From positions 1 through 7,472 of IMG/VR virus record IMGVR_UViG_2660238346_000032: a DNA stretch of 7,472 bases, one strand, 5' to 3'. Shown here piece after piece: positions 6,416-7,472 of this stretch. Below the pieces are notes generated by a model. It worked only from the letters and a program-made list of their open reading frames with translations. It was not told where the DNA came from and made no database searches. A program made the translations under genes and the position numbers. Position 1 is the stretch's first letter. Each line of letters opens with the position of its first letter. Origin of the DNA: a virus. Lineage: Duplodnaviria > Heunggongvirae > Uroviricota > Caudoviricetes.

Positions 6416-7123
6416 TTATGCCGCCTGTTTTAGTTCGTTAACTCTGATGTTCATTACATGAACGCATTTAGCCTGCGCATCCTCATTGCCAGCCATTAAT
6501 TGCCAGTCATGCTGATAACGTTCGATGAGTTTTTTCTTGTCAGTTTCTGTCGACGCATAATCGCTGAAGTCTTTCAGGATTTGTTCGCAGTCAACCGATG
6601 GAGATTTCTGGTTGGTATTTTCTGGTGATGGTTGATTGCCAGATGCTGGTATTGCCCATCCCGGCAGCGATGGAGGGGACCAGTAAAATCCTGTTCCATC
6701 CTTAAGTTTTTCCCTGTGCCATCCCTGCTTTTTATCGAGAGATGTTTGTGCGAAACCTTCCTCAAGGTTATACAGATACCGACCGATTCCCCACTGAACG
6801 GCAGCGCGCTTCATTGCACTGGAACGACCACCTTTTACGGCTTCTACCTGCGTGTTTTCAGCAGCATCCCATTTGGTTACCCATTCGGAATCAATCCTGA
6901 TTGATATGCCGCATTCAACGCCTCCGTTGTTGGGAATATCGCGGTATTCATTGCGCCATCCTGCTTTGCCGCAAACATCGTCCAGGCGTTTCATGATTGC
7001 CCTGTTCGTGACATAAGCCAGCACCATAGCCCACACCTTTCCATCGCGTGTTTTACCGCTTTGCTGTATTCGCCATTCGATATCTTCAGGGCTGAATGGC
7101 TCATCGAATTTATTCAAATCCAT
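6416..7123 (-). CDS. Single-strand annealing protein / phage recombinase, Rad52(Sak)-like
   Basis: 235-aa ORF. ATG at 7123 is preceded by GAGGTGA with a 5-nt spacer. Segment YVTNRAIMKRLDDVCGKAGW aligns position-for-position with the Rad52 core [20 protein letters not shown], and AMKRAAVQWGIGRYLY matches the conserved SSAP motif. It sits next to ssb, as in a recombination module. Confidence 0.7.
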   Translation of the reverse strand: MDLNKFDEPFSPEDIEWRIQQSGKTRDGKVWAMVLAYVTNRAIMKRLDDVCGKAGWRNEYRDIPNNGGVECGISIRIDSEWVTKWDAAENTQVEAVKGGRSSAMKRAAVQWGIGRYLYNLEEGFAQTSLDKKQGWHREKLKDGTGFYWSPPSLPGWAIPASGNQPSPENTNQKSPSVDCEQILKDFSDYASTETDKKKLIERYQHDWQLMAGNEDAQAKCVHVMNIRVNELKQAA

Positions 7124-7131
7124 AATTCACC

Positions 7132-7302
7132 TCAGAATGGACATAGCCCAAGGAAATAACGCTGATTTAATACTTCGACTCGGGACAAATTAAGGCATAC
7201 CCGCATTCCTTCGCGGTCACCATTATGGCGATACCAGAGAGCTTTCTGCGTGTATATGCGTCTCTGTAACTTGCTCTCCTTCACTGTGGTTGCAAGTGAC
7301 AT
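7132..7302 (-). CDS. Small hypothetical protein (56 aa) or remnant of a gene disrupted by the adjacent IS
   Basis: ATG at 7302..7300 (MSLATTVKESKLQRRIYTQKALWYRHNGDREGMRVCLNLSRVEVLNQRYFLGLCPF) is preceded by AGGAGA with a 5-nt spacer. The track start at 7338 is a GTG that lies inside the presumed IS end. The ORF stops 8 nt before the SSAP start. Confidence 0.35.
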   Translation of the reverse strand: MSLATTVKESKLQRRIYTQKALWYRHNGDREGMRVCLNLSRVEVLNQRYFLGLCPF

Positions 7303-7312
7303 GAATATCTCC

Positions 7313-7472
7313 TGAGGTAGCCTGAGTTTAACGGACACTCCTTCCTGAAATAGAATGGCATCAGAAGGAGCTAATAATGAGCAGAAAAACCCAACGTTAC
7401 TCTAAAGAGTTCAAAGCCGAAGCTGTCAGAACGGTTCTTGAAAATCAACTTTCGATCAGTGAAGGCGCTTCC
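7313..7472 (+). mobile_element. IS3-family insertion sequence, left end (partial; continues beyond window)
   Basis: A divergently oriented transposase OrfA begins at 7377. The roughly 65 bp upstream begins TGAGGTAGCC..., consistent with the TG-initiated left inverted repeat typical of IS3-family elements. The exact boundary at about 7313 is approximate. It resembles an IS600-like element from memory, which I could not verify. Confidence 0.6.
7377..7472 (+). CDS. IS3-family transposase OrfA (N-terminal 32 codons; truncated by window edge)
   Basis: ATG at 7377 is preceded by AAGGAG with about a 7-nt spacer. The translation MSRKTQRYSKEFKAEAVRTVLENQLSISEGAS has the N-terminal helix-turn-helix pattern (SxEFKxEAV ... 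LS.SE.A) of IS3-family OrfA proteins. Confidence 0.8.
   Translation, partial: MSRKTQRYSKEFKAEAVRTVLENQLSISEGAS

Overview
The window reads as the leftward-transcribed early-left arm of a lambdoid enterobacterial prophage, with every supportable gene on the minus strand. From left to right: a tyrosine integrase (75..1361) and a putative excisionase (1395..1649); a roughly 3.7 kb block of small, tightly packed accessory genes (including a DUF551 protein, a candidate PD-(D/E)xK nuclease, an Ea22-like protein and several acidic proteins); and a recombination module of SSB, an inserted HNH endonuclease and a Rad52-like annealing protein. The right edge (about 7313 onward) is the left end of an IS3-family insertion sequence on the plus strand, which appears to have cut the operon off from its native upstream region. 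All plus-strand ORFs in the track between 75 and 7338 are antisense shadows of these genes. Family assignments are from motif recognition by eye only; no database search was run. The most interesting leads are the coupled nuclease-like/Ea22-like pair with a P-loop-like motif, the SSB whose conserved DDDIPF tip is followed by a 15-residue extension, and the HNH gene wedged precisely between the annealing protein and SSB. I see no CRISPR array, tRNA or rRNA.
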